Below the pieces are notes generated by a model. That model was not told the DNA's origin, did not search any database, and worked only from the letters and a program-made list of their open reading frames with translations. A DNA stretch of 64,000 nt from positions 4,030,001 through 4,094,000 of the forward strand of contig CM120646.1 in the NCBI GenBank assembly GCA_051362555.1, read 5' to 3'. The stretch's first letter is position 1; every line of letters begins with the position of its first letter. Of the stretch, positions 36,942 to 51,240 are shown in pieces. Position numbers and translations under genes: made by a program. This stretch comes from Lingula anatina. Taxonomy: Eukaryota; Animalia; Brachiopoda.

Positions 36942-38027
36942 ATGGCTGAAAAGTTGCTGAATTGTCGACAGAAGCGTCCCTCCGCCAAGTACGTTCTTGT
37001 TTGTTTCCCCTGGGCAGGAGGTGGATCAAACTGGTATGGAAGATGGGCACAGCTACTGCCAGAAACCATAGAAGGTATTTTCTACTGTCGAGTCATGAAG
37101 GGGGCTTCTCAATAGTCCATAGGTTCATTGGTTCAAAAAATGGTAACATTTTCATCGTTCTTTTAAAGCAAGGGTTCATTGGTCCGAAGGTTGGCTAGTG
37201 AATATTCGGATCAATGAACCTTAAAACTATTGAACCTTTGGACTATTGCTACGGCCCAGCTATGAAATACTGCCTGCTATACCAGGGATAATTAATACAG
37301 ATATTTTGAACAAATTTAAAAATGTTCCAAGAGCCTGGCCATTGTACATGTATGATAGAACTCCCTTTTGGAGAAGGTGGACGGGTGGATAAGTAAATGT
37401 GCATTTTGAAAAGGAGGGTGGGGAGGTTGTCCTAGAGCTTATATAGAGCAAATCCTCCCTGTGCTATCAAGGGCTTTTAGAAATGTATATATGGTGCATG
37501 AAAGACGTTTTTTTACCTTTGTTTTGTTGTTATATATGTATATATAGTTAACAGCCTAATTCAAAATTTAAAGTCATGAGAGGATTTTGAGAACATTTTC
37601 AGAATTTGTCAAAACTGGGCTGACTGCATGAGAGTCAATTAGATTGGGTGATCCATAAATTAATTAAGGGTGACAGTTGAGCTACCTTGCAATAATGGTG
37701 CGGGTCTGAGCACTGTGCTTTCCTTAGTTGTTATAGCCCTTATATCATGCCACAGTAACGTAAATGTGTTTCACTACCTGATATGTTCTTTTTCCAAGTT
37801 TGCGCTATAAGATTGCCAGGAAGAGAGAACAGATTTCAAGAGCCATGTTACAAAGACCCGGAGACTTATATCCAAGATGTCACAGCTGCTGTGTATAAAT
37901 ATGTCTCTGCTCACGGAACAGCACTGGCTATATGGGGACACAGGTAAGAGAATAATAATAATAATAATAATAATATCATCATAACCATTATATAACAATT
38001 ATAATAAAAATAATATCATCACAACCA

Positions 38028-38088
<61 letters not shown>

Positions 38089-40931
38089 ATGGTTATGATG
38101 ATATTATTTTTATTTACAATCTAAAATGAGGGCACAGGTAAGATATTTAAGTGCGTGCCATTGGGTCATTTACCCAGGAACAATGGTATTGCTGTTTCAT
38201 CTTGTCTGTATTGATGTTTAAACTGATATAGATTGTCTGTGCATATGTCAGCTTTAAGTGGCTGGCTTTTTAAGGACAGATGGACACAATATTAATATGT
38301 CAGAACTTTTAGCCACCACCTACATCTGTCATCACTGTCACCATATACTTTCCTGTTCTTATCACAATTAAAAGAAAATCATATTATTTCAGGCCCGTAG
38401 CTAGCAATTTTTTAAGGGGGGTCCTTTTTCTGATAAAGTGGAGCTTTTACCATGAAACCATTGTGTACTTAGATGAAATTTTACCCAGAGGGGACCTTTT
38501 CCCAGCAAAAAGGGTAGTTTGTTGGAAAACCCCCCTGGCTTTGGGTCTGTATTTATTACTGTCATGCTTGCAGGAATGAGTCATAGGAGTATAGTCACAT
38601 CCCATTTCTCACTGTCTTTCAGCCTGGGATCTTATATGGGATATGAGGTGGCTAAACAGCTCCAGGAGAAGCATGGGCTAGACCCCGTTCATCTTTTCTT
38701 CTCAGGGGCCTCTGCCCCACATGTAAGTATAATACTGTATTTACTCAATCTTTTCAATGGGAGAAATCGTGAATTTTGCAGATACTGAATTTCGTAATTA
38801 TTTGATTTTTTCAGTGGCGGGAAAATTTTTAATTTTACAGCTACTGTATTATGTAAGTCATAATTTCTTTAAATTAGAACATTCCTGTTGAGTGGTGAAA
38901 GCAAAATTAAAAATCAGGCTACTCTATAGTTATATGCAGTGAAAGCACTACAAATGCTACATAGAAATATAATTTTTGTGATTATAACATTATGTGTCTC
39001 AAAGTTTAATCATCTTTGCCCATTAAAAGATCGAGTAATTACCCTAATTATGTGAAATATTCAAATGCCTCACTTTATCTAAAATTTTACTTTTTCATAA
39101 TCTATTATTTTCCAATTACCACAGCACTTTACTTTTGGACATGAAGTCATATAAATTTTCAAAACTTTTGAAGTGGCATTTAAAGTATATTTAACAATAC
39201 ACATTTTTGGGAGGGGAGGGGATTATACATTTGTTTTGTTCAAATTTAGTGAGTGATTACTGCACTGCATGTTAACTTGCCTCAGTTCATTATATGGCCA
39301 ATTTTTTTTCATTATTCACAATTTAAAATGTATTGTATGAACACTGCATAGCTAAAAGCATTAATGACAGAAATATTTGCTGTAAAGATAATTTCTCACA
39401 ATAACTGAAGACACTGGCAAGCTATGATTCATACCACAATTAGCAGAGACTGTCATTACTCTGGTTGCACTGAATTTATCACACCAGATACATGGGTTTC
39501 AATACATTGTGGTAGATATGTCTAAAATTGTGTTAGTAAATATTTCAACAGTGGTCCATTCTCAGTATACTGATATTTTACATTCAGACACAATGTTTGC
39601 CTCTTAGCAAAATTAGTTGCTGGACCGAAAATACTTGGTTTACATTTATTATTTATAATATTGTGTTTTAACATTCTCTCATTATCTACCCTAGACTATC
39701 CCACAGTCCCAGATTGTCCCATACTGTCCCAGACTATCCCACAAAGTCCCACATGTATGTGTTGTTTTCCTTTTTTTCTTTGTTTCCTTCATTGGTCTCA
39801 CTTGTGACTTAATTGTAACAGTGGTATTGTAAATCCTCATCAAGGTAATCCACTCCATCAACTTTTTGTGTTTTCTTCCCCAGTCAGAGAAACGTAAACT
39901 AAACCAGGTAAAAACTGCAGGAATGAGTGACGAGGAATTCGTAGAAAATATGAGACGTTTGGGAGGAACACCAAGAGAGATCCTTGATGACAAAGAAATG
40001 ATGAAACTTTTCCTTCCATCACTGAGAGCAGACTTCTGCATATTGGAGAATTACTGGTGTGTCTGTGTGTTTTATCTTTTATTTTATTTTATTGGTGTTT
40101 ATATTTTTATATTTAATTTATTGAAGTGACCTTTCACATATAAATGTATATTGTAGCAGTTAAAGTATTAATGTTGGTTGGTATCCTATACAAGAAGTTA
40201 AAAGAAAAGGAAAATAATTTTACACTTTCCTTGAAATTGCTCTTACGGAATCGGTCAACATATTTTAATGTGCAGAGGTTTAATTAATATTTTTTGAGCA
40301 AAATTTGTGCCTCCCCCCCCCCCCCCCCCCAAAAAAAAAAAAAAAAAAAATGGGAATACATTGTCATTAGCATCAAGCATTGCTTCTTATTTCATTCGTG
40401 TTCAGGATGTGCCTAACCCAGGTGGTGGTACTTTTCCAAGGGGTTGTATCGCCTCTCTTATCCTCTGGTTTCATTCTTATTCAGGAGCAACTATGACAAG
40501 ACTCAAGTGAAACCCTTTTCCTGCCCAATCAGTGTGTTTGATGGCTCCGAAGACAGGCCTCATGATTTAGAAGGTAAGCAGTTTGTGAAATCACCTGTAA
40601 TTGTGATATCTCTTAGATATAATGTCTACCTAGAGATATCACACATGGATGGGTCTTTTTTTTTTAAAGGAAAAAATTCTGTGTAGTTTAATGATAACCT
40701 GCAAAATTTCTGTGTTTATGAATTTTTTATGACCCATCTTTATTTCATCAGGTCACCACCGAAAGATTTATTTGTGTTTTTATTAACTTTCTCAGGTATT
40801 TCTTTTCAGCTTGGTCAGATTTGAGCGATGGACCCTTTCATAAAATGATGCTAAAAGGAGGGCATTTCTATCTGACAGAAGAGGCAAATACCAGGACTAT
40901 TACAGAATACATTGCAGCCATTTTGACATAA
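36942..40931 (+). CDS. OLAH: Type II thioesterase / medium-chain S-acyl fatty acid synthase thioesterase (OLAH-like). Exons 36942-37074, 37799-37943, 38623-38722, 39884-40056, 40485-40573, 40810-40931
   Basis: The spliced frame contains LVCFPWAGGGS, LPGRENR, the nucleophile motif GHSLG (split by an intron within the Ser codon), SGASAP, LGGTP, LPSLRAD, FDGSED and the catalytic His motif GGHFY. All junctions are GT-AG and phase-compatible. An alternative in-frame ATG is at 36915. Confidence 0.9.
37100..37257. mobile_element. Mutator-like MITE, family A, copy 2 (inverted relative to copy 1)
   Basis: Aligns to the reverse complement of 36258-36414. TSD-like flanks agtcatgaa / agctatgaa. Confidence 0.78.
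37951..38108. repeat. (AAT)n/(ATT)n microsatellites with a 27-bp perfect inverted repeat
   Basis: 37969-37995 is the exact reverse complement of 38082-38108. Confidence 0.9.
38390..38549. mobile_element. Short non-autonomous DNA element, family B, copy 2
   Basis: Imperfect TIRs caggcccgtagc / gctttgggtctg. Homologous to 24929-25100. Confidence 0.68.
39692..39753. repeat. ~10-bp minisatellite (gactatccca-like)
   Basis: Six degenerate units ending in tccca. Confidence 0.75.
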
Positions 40932-43061
40932 CAGAAAGTCATGTTAATTTTTCCAAATTGGCCTTATTAGGGACCATCCCCATACCCTATCAGACCAACA
41001 GGATCGTTCTTTCGTTCTATCAAGGTGTTTCTCACTAAACATTTAGCTTGAATGTGCATGAAAGTTAATTACCCCCTAGCGGCTTCAGTGGGCATGACAG
41101 ATATTTAAGTCGCTAAATCTGAATGCAATTTAACGAGAATCCAGAGTTAGATCGAAACTGCTAGTACGATGGGTTTATGGGAACCCAGTCTCGGTTTATC
41201 AAATGAACAATTAGTGCAATATTTTGAGAAGTAACTGTTATCTTTTAATGTTAAGACATTCCTTTATTGCAGTAGGATGGCAGTGGAGAATTATGATAAG
41301 AAATGGAAAACTGTGCAAAAATCTCTTGTATGAAAATATTTTATTAGTAAACATGCTGATACAAAAGGAACAATTGCATATGTACAATAAATTGTAAGAT
41401 TTTTGTCTAACACTTATTTACTTTCATTACAACTGGGACAATAAAAAATGTATGCCATCATAATTAATCTACTTACTAAAACTACCCATATCTCTTTCAT
41501 TTTGAATGAAAGCTTAGGCGAAGGATATCCTTCACAGTAAAATTGAATGATACTTACTGGGTTATTGATACTTACTGAGTTTTTGGAAATTGAATAATGA
41601 GGTTTTTGTGCACCCAATACACACTAAGAGAGGTGCAGAGAGGTGGTGGCTCCCTCCTAATTATGTACCACCAGCTTTGCTTGTGAATTAAAAAGAAAAA
41701 CAAGAATGCCACTAATCACATTAAATAGCTACCTAGTTTCTTTCATGAAATACAGGACATTTATTTGATACTTAACTAAAGTAAAATATGAAAAATTCTG
41801 CAAATATTTTTGAGGGGGCAAGTTAAAAATGGGAAGCAAAATTCTTACTTAAAACATATACAGTTAGTATTTGAAAGTCCTATTTTTACATATAAATAAT
41901 GGGGAAAAATTACCAGTCTTTCAGACATATAATTTTGGAATGATTAAGAATATGTTTTTACATAGCATTAGTGGTGCAATTACTGTATACAATAGCACTA
42001 TAAGGAAGCCTAGGCCTGGTTATCACTTTTGTTGCTACCATTCAACAGGAATGCTATTATTTTAAGAATATGTGTCTTAAAAAATGCAGAATCTGTAAAA
42101 TTCACATATGAAAAGATTGAGTTATTACCAAACTAGTCTTTTACATATGGGGCTGTTAAAATGATAAAACCTGTCAAATTAAAGCACCTGATGTCAGTAA
42201 TTTTTTCTGAAGTGTCCAAAAAAAAAAAAAAACTGTCTGGTTAGACATTAAGAACAAAATCATTTAACAGGAATAATGGTATAGAACAGTGAATCCAGGG
42301 TCAAGCAATGATTTGGGAGAAGGAAAATTTTACTCTTAAGATAATTAGATGTAGTGCCAAACCACCAGATATATAGGGCACCCTTTAACGGGTCTATAAA
42401 ATGTAACAACTGGCCTATAGTGGCAGTTTGGGTCATTTGTACAGTCAGCTACGTAGGCACTTGTACAGCTACATGGATGAACATGTATGTAAGCAATACG
42501 TAATACTTATTTTGTACATGCTATGTTAAAAGTATTAAAAATGTTCAAAAATCAACACTGAGACAATTAAAAATTTCTCAAATTTAAAGTTATGTTAACT
42601 GCAGTTACCCTTCTCTCTCTCCCCCCCTCTTTTGGTGATCTGCCCTGAGATAAATATGCTTTATATTTTTATCATAAAATTTTACATAAATCATAAATGG
42701 GATCATATGGTCCCGTGTTAACATCCTTTTCATGGCCTAGACATAACAGACCACAAAACTTGACATTTTATTTATAGCATATACAGCTTATGTTAACAAT
42801 ACTTGATTTAAATGTATGGCTGCTTGGAAAACATTTACCCTCTCCCGTGCCTCTAAACAATAACTTAAAACATACTGTTATTTTTGTTGTTCTATGGTCA
42901 ACAATTCCCGTTAAGTCTGCTGTATGAGGGCATTTTTTTTTTACAAAAAAGGCCTTAATCCATGTCACAGCTCAGTCCTTACAGTAGCATATCTATTAGA
43001 ACAAATAAAAAAATAAAAAAGCTGAATGATAGTTCTACCTACAACCGACGGTAAAAATAAA

Positions 43062-46000
43062 TCATAGCAAATGCGATTCGGCCTCTTTTTGTTCGTCGAG
43101 ATTGCGTCCCTCTTCTTCCACCTGCTGCGCGCGCGCCACCTCTCCACTGTTGCCCCTCCTCTCCTGAATCTTTATCCGCGTCAGGACCTCCTTAGTGCGC
43201 CGCTTTTTCCTGTTCTCTCTTTGGTCTAACTCTCCATAATGAGACAGAACGCACACCACACCAGCACCCTATAAGGAAAAAGGAACAACAAAATCAATTA
43301 TGGCTCAGTTCTTCTTTTGAAGAGGCAATTCTTGTAAATTGAGGAAGCATGGTTTCACATGTCCCGCAACTCACCGCCTTCCACGTTGTTTCACTTAAAA
43401 TGGTGATACTTTATATGAGTACGTTGCCAGCGGTCCTTTATCCTTGTATCCATGCCCATTTGTGATTTACACTTCCCCATTGCGATCCCCTTCCTCCTCA
43501 GTAAATACTGTATTCACAAGCATCCTCAGTTGCCTGCATGACTGTACTCAAAATGTAAAGATCTATTGTCTGACATTTTACTACCAATGCAATAACAGTC
43601 TGTCTTTGATGATATACGCAGCATACGCGTTTGATGCGTGGAGTCGACAACTCTGCATTTTGAATGACGACACATTATTCTAATCACGAACGCAATTTAA
43701 TGTTTAAAACAATACTTTACAGCAAACACAATGAACATCTCCCAGTACTTACAATAATCCCCGTGTCAAGAATCCAGAATACAAACAGTGCAATCAGGAC
43801 GGGGTTGACATATATCACAGTCTGAAATAGATTAAATTGATTGAAAAATAATCAATCAAATTTCATACAATTGGCCACTTGTCCTTGCCAATTGTAAAGG
43901 CACGAATTGAACAAGAACCATCTTCACTGCTGCATGTGCTTGCCGAATTTTGACCGCTGTTGAAATGAATGATAACAGATGATGAATATTTTTTGTATTA
44001 GATAAGAAAAAAGTAATAACGCATGACACTGGCCAAAATGTCGCTAAAAATATACTAAAGACTTAACATAAAACTACATGTATAGTTTGAAGTATTTTTA
44101 ATATGAGCAATAAGAGAACCGCATAATGCCAGCTTCATTTGCAAGATGAAGTAAACGGTTTCAATGAATCGGTAAAGAGTTCAATTGAAAATGCACATCT
44201 TATTCTTTATGAACTTTTTTCAGTACATTAGTAAACCTTATTTTCATAAACTCGCTCTATTTAAAATATGATCACTGGACGCTGATTTCAGAATTTCACT
44301 TTTGAGGAGTGTACATTATTCAACATACCGTGAGCCTGTGTCCTAGGATGGCAAGCACGTAGCCTATGCCCACGATTTCATAGATTCTGAAGAGAGAGAA
44401 CCCAGCGCACCATAACTTCATCCACACGTGTCCTGCATACCCCTGAAAGTACAGAATTAAATCACACACAATTTTGGTTATTTCAGACACCCCATCCCCC
44501 CCCCCCATTTACCCCCTCAACGCCGCTATTTCTTTCCGATTTGTTAATTACTCCCATTATTTTTAAAATTCGTTCCCCGTGCATCTACTTACGCTTTTAA
44601 GATATAAATCATTAAGGAAGAATAAATGAATATTGAAAAGCGTCGCATGAAACTGGCGGTTAAACCTTAATGCATCCAAGGGAAAAAAGATAGTGAGAGG
44701 GAGATAGAAAAGTTATTGCTGTAAGATATACACTGCAGGGATAAAAATGGAAAAATCGCCACAAAAACAAAACAAGAAAAAAGACACTTCAACGGCGGTC
44801 ACAAAATAAGCACTCCAGTTTACCTTCCGTAACATCGCTAGCAGCATTACTGAGATGAGAGCACCAAGTATGGCGTTGACCAAACCTACTACTAACAGGG
44901 GAACAGAGGCTGGAAGATAATATAACGATTAACGATTTTAATGTCGCAAAACCGGACTGTCGAAAAGAGCTGTTCATTTTCAAAAATGAAAACAAATCGG
45001 TTCTGACATTTCAATCCTTTTTCGACTCGCAAGAAACAGGAAGAAACAACTTTTCACTTCATAAATTGACTTTAATATTCTTCCCGATTTCCTGTTTGAC
45101 TAAATACCCACAAAGGCGTTAAGTTTTCTTAATCAAATCAAATTTCGATGAAATCGATATCAAATATTAGCCCTGCCTAATGAACTCTGGCAAACTCACC
45201 GGGTGGCACGAAATTTTCGTACTGATGAAGTCTGAACGTCTCTCGCTGTTCTTCTTTGTAGTTGTTAAGAAATACGATGGCGTAGATAGCCAGCCCCACG
45301 TCAATTACTGAGGTAATCTGGAGGAATAACAATTAAAGCGGCATGAAACAAACCCTTAACTAAACAAATTTATCAGATTGTTGAATATTTCAGTTATCCA
45401 GAAAACCGTATTGTTCATGTTTTTTCGCGATTTGATATGTTGTAACTTGAAGTTTAATATAGTTTTTTAAATATAGTCTACCCTAAATGACGAGAGATGT
45501 GTTACATTCCTTAAAATGGCGACACCAGCACCGCTGCCCGAAATAGCATTTCATACAAAATGTAAATTACTGTGTGAAACCGTTAACTATGATTTATGTG
45601 AATAAAAGGGTGACCTTGAAACTTAAATGTACATGAATAGAGTACATCTGATTTCGAAAATAATTCCAGTGATGGTTGATGAGTTATTAAATGGTTGAAA
45701 AACCAGAAAAATTGACTGCAATAAATGAATAAACAAATAAGTAAATAGGTAAATAAATAAATAAAACGTTCAAAATTTTTTGAAGTTATAGATTAGGTGC
45801 AAAATACTAATTAATAAATAGGGTCACTTGCTTTATCGCCTTAGTTTCAAAAGAAAGGGCAGGTTATCTCCCCCCTCCTCCAAAAAAAAAAAAAAAGCCC
45901 CATAGAAAAACCCCATATGAATAGCTCCATATCAGCAGTGCAAATTTCATCACGAAAAAAGCTAAAAAAAAAAAAAGCAGAATTTTGACATGAATATATA

Positions 46001-46093
46001 ATGTTAGGAACACACTGACTAAAACCTGTAATGCATACTGTGCCTATAGGCCTACACTGTAAGAAAATGTTTCTAATACCTATCCATTTACTG

Positions 46094-46145
<52 letters not shown>

Positions 46146-46318
46146 TAATGAGGCAGCCATATATCTTGATTGGGGTTTCTACTTTTCTAATGTTTTCAGT
46201 TAGGCCTAATATGTAGGGGTACTGTAACGTAGAATCGATAAATAGGCCCTATATATGATCCCCAAGTAATTTATTGTTAATTCAAAGCCTTTGTATCAAA
46301 ATGTGCTTGTAACAATAA

Positions 46319-46402
<84 letters not shown>

Positions 46403-46831
46403 TAATTTAAATCTCTATCTTAGTATCTTATTGTTTGACATTTTTGGAGGCGATATTTTTATGATCGAAAACTTTTATGTATAAATCGGAAAACATTCAT
46501 ACAAAAAATGTTATCACATCTTTACAGCAGATACTAGAAGCAGGTCCATTGACAGCGAGAAAGTAATCAAGCCATTGTCTAATTCCCATGCCACCCTTGA
46601 CACCAAAATATCTGGATGAACGCAATGCTCTTTAAGGGGAGTTAATACCAACATTTTTAAATGGAAAACTACACCGATCACTGATAGGCCTGTCCGACAT
46701 GAGACGAGCAGATTTCTTAATCTTATCAAAATAAAAAAAATTAAGGTACTTACCAGTGTATAGAATCCTGCAGCGTAAGACCCCGTCTTCAGTTTAAACC
46801 AACAGCAACAACTAGCCAGTAACGGTTTCAT
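43062..46831 (-). CDS. Four-transmembrane protein, LAPTM/DUF4728(pasiflora)-like, ~223 aa. Exons 46831-46754, 45317-45200, 44909-44824, 44442-44329, 43821-43753, 43268-43062
   Basis: Phase-consistent GT-AG exons. The N-terminus reads SCCCWFKLKTGSYAAG (CC..L.TG motif of this family), followed by four hydrophobic helices, CVLSHY after TM4 and a charged C-terminal tail. The family assignment comes from motif recall only. Confidence 0.8.
46098..46140. repeat. (CA)n microsatellite
   Basis: Seen directly. Confidence 0.95.
46322..46406. repeat. (TAA)n microsatellite
   Basis: Seen directly. Confidence 0.95.
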
Positions 46832-49800
46832 TTTTATCTTCACTTTCCCTCGAGCACCTTGTTTAAGATATTACCGTCACCTTTCAAATGCCGGTGAGCG
46901 TAGAAAGGAAGATCCACTCCTCTAAATATGACAAATACTTGCGATCTTACTAATAAAAAGTCGAGATATTCAATTACTTCATTCTGATCATCAGTTAACA
47001 GATTAGTCATTGATGTAGTACACATTTGTCTTTGTGACAACTATCTAGGTCAAGGTAAGCTATATGGTTTTTAGTTCCGGTGAGGTACGACAGGGATTTC
47101 ACAGGTGATATTGATGTCGCTTGAAGATGAATAAAAGAAAATATTGCTTTGTAGATTTTATACGATGGCAATATTACTGAATAACTAAGGAGAGATGAAA
47201 CATTAAAATGAAACTGAAGTTAAAATTAAAGGAAAATCTAAGTAACCACAAGATAATCAAATATTTGAAACAAAACAACCTCCTTCTGTGCTCCCCGTGT
47301 GAAATGCCGTTTGGTGTCCCTGTGGTCGCAGGTGCGCAAGATAAGCCATCACTTGGGAAGTTCATCTCCATCAGGCCCTGGAGGAACTGGAGGAACTGGT
47401 AGTACAAATGATCAAGCACTTTCATTTATATTTGATTTATAAAGTAGTTGGTCCTTTCACTCATGTTTTTTTCTTTTAATATTCGACACAAAGATTTTCC
47501 ACATAACAAAAAAAAAAAAAAAAAAAAAAAAAACAAGCAACTTCGTAAATATCGAAATAAATGACTGTCTTTTTATTATGTTTTCTTTACATATCGCCAA
47601 ACCATTCTTTGTCGCAAAAAGAGTAAAAATGGTCAGCATGCGGTTCCTTCACTTGACTCAGATTTCAAATTTATTCGTATATGTAAAATAAGCATTTTGA
47701 TAGGTGATGCGGGCGTTTCGTGAATTATCGTAAAATCAATTCACTGTTGGATAGCTTACATATAATTATGAATGAACCAATTTTGAACGCCATTGTTCGG
47801 TTGTTCGATTGGCGATCTCTAAACTGACCAGATATTTATATACAATGTGTGTATGGAAAATTAGTAGTACTGAGGTACTACTGTATAACAACACCGGAGC
47901 ATCCAGACCCTACCCACAAAAAGCTCAGCAAACTTGTCATTTCTTTACAGTTACTTTGGGCAATGCGTTCTTATGAAGAAAAAAAAGCATGCTAATGAAA
48001 TAAATAACGAAAACACGAAGTGTCCAGGTATTTAAAGTGCTAAAACTGAGAACAGAGAGAGCCCCAAGGACTTCTATTCCCTCGACATTGTCAACTTTTT
48101 AATAAGTTTTTGATTCTACCAATTTTTTAAAATTCTACTGCAGTTCTTGAACACGTATTTCAATTTTTTAAAATACCTCATATATTTAGAGAATAACCAT
48201 TTTAGTGTTATAAATGCTATAAATGTGCCATTTTGGTTGAAAATAAATATTATCATTACACTAAAAAATCAATAAACTTGGTACTGATGAAAGTATTGAT
48301 TCTAAAATAAAATCTGAAATTCACCTCTTGCTAAGTACTCGAAGAAGGACGTATGTTAAACTGTACCCTGTAAGTCGATCGGTACATTACAAATCACAAT
48401 GATTTTATTCTTTTCCATTTTATTTAATTTTGTTTAACAAAGCGAATTAGTGTCAAAAACCCGGATAAAACCCGCGAAAATTATAAGGAAGATTGGGGCG
48501 TAAATGCTGAAAATTCCAAAAATACTCAAAATAAAAAAATCTACTGACTGCTAATTGTTTGGGGTTCCTCTTTCTTTTTATATTGTTGTATTTTCCTTAT
48601 CCATATCTTTTTCCTTGTCTCTGAAATAAGGAAAAAACCAGATGGAATTTAGTCACTTATAAATATCCTGGTAAAAGAGAATCAAGTTCTATCCTTACAT
48701 TACCATCTAAATATCGTTTTTACGTAAACTAAAGACGTAAGATTAAGGATATTTTCTCCACGATCTCCTCCTCCTCATTCTTCTTATTATTGTTATAGTG
48801 AAGAATGACGACAACAGTTTGGAGCTTTCGAACGTTTATTCACAGACTCTCTTTTTCACAGAATCCACAAGTATTTATACTCTATTCTCCTAAAGATGTT
48901 TCCATTCTCATCTTACCAAAACGCTATTCAATATTCCCTAATTAAGTAATTTCAGTGAGACTTGTTTTTAATTTACAATATTTAAAATATTTTCCGATTT
49001 ACTCATGCTTGGACCTTGTCCATCTCGAGTAAGCATGAGTTTTACACGTGTTAGAAACGTGCAAATCTATAGAAAAATTAACCAATCAGATCCAACTATA
49101 TGTGACTTTGAAATGTTCCATTCTTTCTTACTTCGAGAACAGTCTCTACACTTGTTGACACTTAAAGAAATTTAACTTGCACTCAGTAACTTCCTACACA
49201 TTTGATTCTGTTTTAATTTTTTTGTAATTATCGAAAGTATAATGCATTTGCTTTACAACATTATTATTATTATCATCGTTTTGTTTTGTTCGAAGAAAAA
49301 GGTAGTCATACTCAAGAATCGTAATTTAGAATTAAAAATTGTCATCGAACCTCACCAAAGCTTCCACGGAGCGGCTGCAAATAAACTGAGGGTAGGTGAA
49401 ATCACAGAATTATTTTAAAAAAATGGTGAAACAAAAAGTCCGTCCCCCATAAGATTCGTACAGATTGGGGTTAGCGTGATGACAGTAAGTCAGAATCTAC
49501 AAATAATCCTGGACAAATGAATGCGAACCGGAGTTTTATCATGGTGGTAATTCTGGTACGTGACATCACCATCATTGCTAATTTTGAGGTGTCAGCTTGC
49601 GTTCTCATGCAAATAAATGACGTGGCACTTTTACGTTGTAGGCTACTCCGTTTTTTTTCCTCCGAGAGCAATGGGAGCCAGGCGTGCCATGTGAAGTCAA
49701 CTACTGTTCAAATAAACGCGATGTCACCAATAATTCGAGATTTTTTTTATTCCTAACCCAGCGTAACTTCCCGAGTGGAAAAATCTCTCAATAACAATAG

Positions 49801-50515
49801 TAAGAATGTATCAGTTGGCTGCATAGGTGTGGAATTTCTTATAATTTTGAGAAATGTACCTCGGGACATCACGAAATTGTGGGCGTAGATTGCTTCGAGA
49901 TATCCTGTTTGGAAACAAGCGTGATGTTTCGTTTATCAAAAAATAGACCGATTTTAGATTAATTTCTATAACACTTCCGTTAAGAGGTTTAAAACATTTC
50001 ATGTTTGCAGAATTTATTCGCCCTTAGTAACAGATATCCTCGAAATGGGAGATAGTGAACGGAGAGACATAATAGCGCAAAATACTTCTAAGTTGATTGA
50101 ACGTTTGAAAGAAGTGTTTAATTGAACGAAAAAGTTGAAATTAATATTCGATGGTGCATATCAAAAATGCAATCCCCCACATAAATTCGCTCATCCATTA
50201 TTTCGCCAAAATGTGTTTTGTATGTATGGTCACTCCCATGATGTTAAAACAATGTATCGGTTGCTTGTTCACCTGCAAGCTGGTGGTGCCCTCTTTTGAG
50301 AGATACTGTCATTAAAATGGAGTCATCTGCTTTCCTAAATATTCCTTAATCAATCCCTTAGTCTCTGTCTGAGTGGCACAGTGTTGAGGCCGATTTCGTC
50401 ACTTTCTTAGCAATGTAAACCTTACCCTCAACCAGAGCCACAGATAGGTTTTTCACCAGATATTCACAGATATGTCTCCAGCTAATTCATGACCATATAG
50501 GACCTACATTTTTCT

Positions 50516-50672
50516 GGGGCGTCTCGATAGTCCGAAGGCTCATTGGCCCAAAAATCGTAACATTTTCATCCGTTTTTTAAATCAAGGGTTCGTTGGTCCG
50601 AAAATTCTACAATTAACATTCGGACCAATGGACCTTCGGACTATTGAACCTTCGGTCTTTTGCTACAGCCCC
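50516..50672. mobile_element. Mutator-like MITE, family A, copy 3
   Basis: Runs ggggcgtctcgatagtccgaagg...tgctacagcccc, in the same orientation as copy 2. TSD catttttct / catttttca. Confidence 0.8.
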
Positions 50673-51126
50673 CATTTTTCAACTGTCCAACAAGAATTTC
50701 GGTATGGTAATTAATTTCCTCTCTCAGCTGGCCTCTAATATAGAGTGAAATGAATGAATCTGGGCACCATGGTGCTCTCACTGTCCCCTCTCTGTGATGA
50801 TGATTCAAAGACCAGTATGGCGGCTGCAATCAGACACCTTAGACTGGCGTTCATGACTCTAAAAGTATCTGACTGCGGCCAAAGGACTGGCGTATAATAT
50901 CTTAGAAAGGGGTACTTGCACCCACCCGGACGGGTATGATCCTCTGTCAAAATTTAAAGTGTATCACTCGATGATAATGTGTGTGTTTTACACCTAAAAG
51001 TTGCTTTTACATCTTCCTATAACACACCATATCTCGTTGAGTGGACAATGTATGCCGTCTAAAGATCAAATGAGTTATAATTAATGGAAGCAAAAAAGGA
51101 CAAAATTGCTGACAGGCCTATAAAAA

Positions 51127-51240
51127 TAACTTTCAGACATAACCTAAAATAATGTAGTTTTAGTTTGTTTGTTTGCTGAAAGGCCTGCAACAATAATTTT
51201 CAGACATAACCATAAAGTATGTAGTTTTAGTTTGTTTGTA
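51127..51240. repeat. Local ~65-bp tandem duplication
   Basis: ataa.tttcagacataacc...atgtagttttagtttgtttgt occurs twice. Confidence 0.75.
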
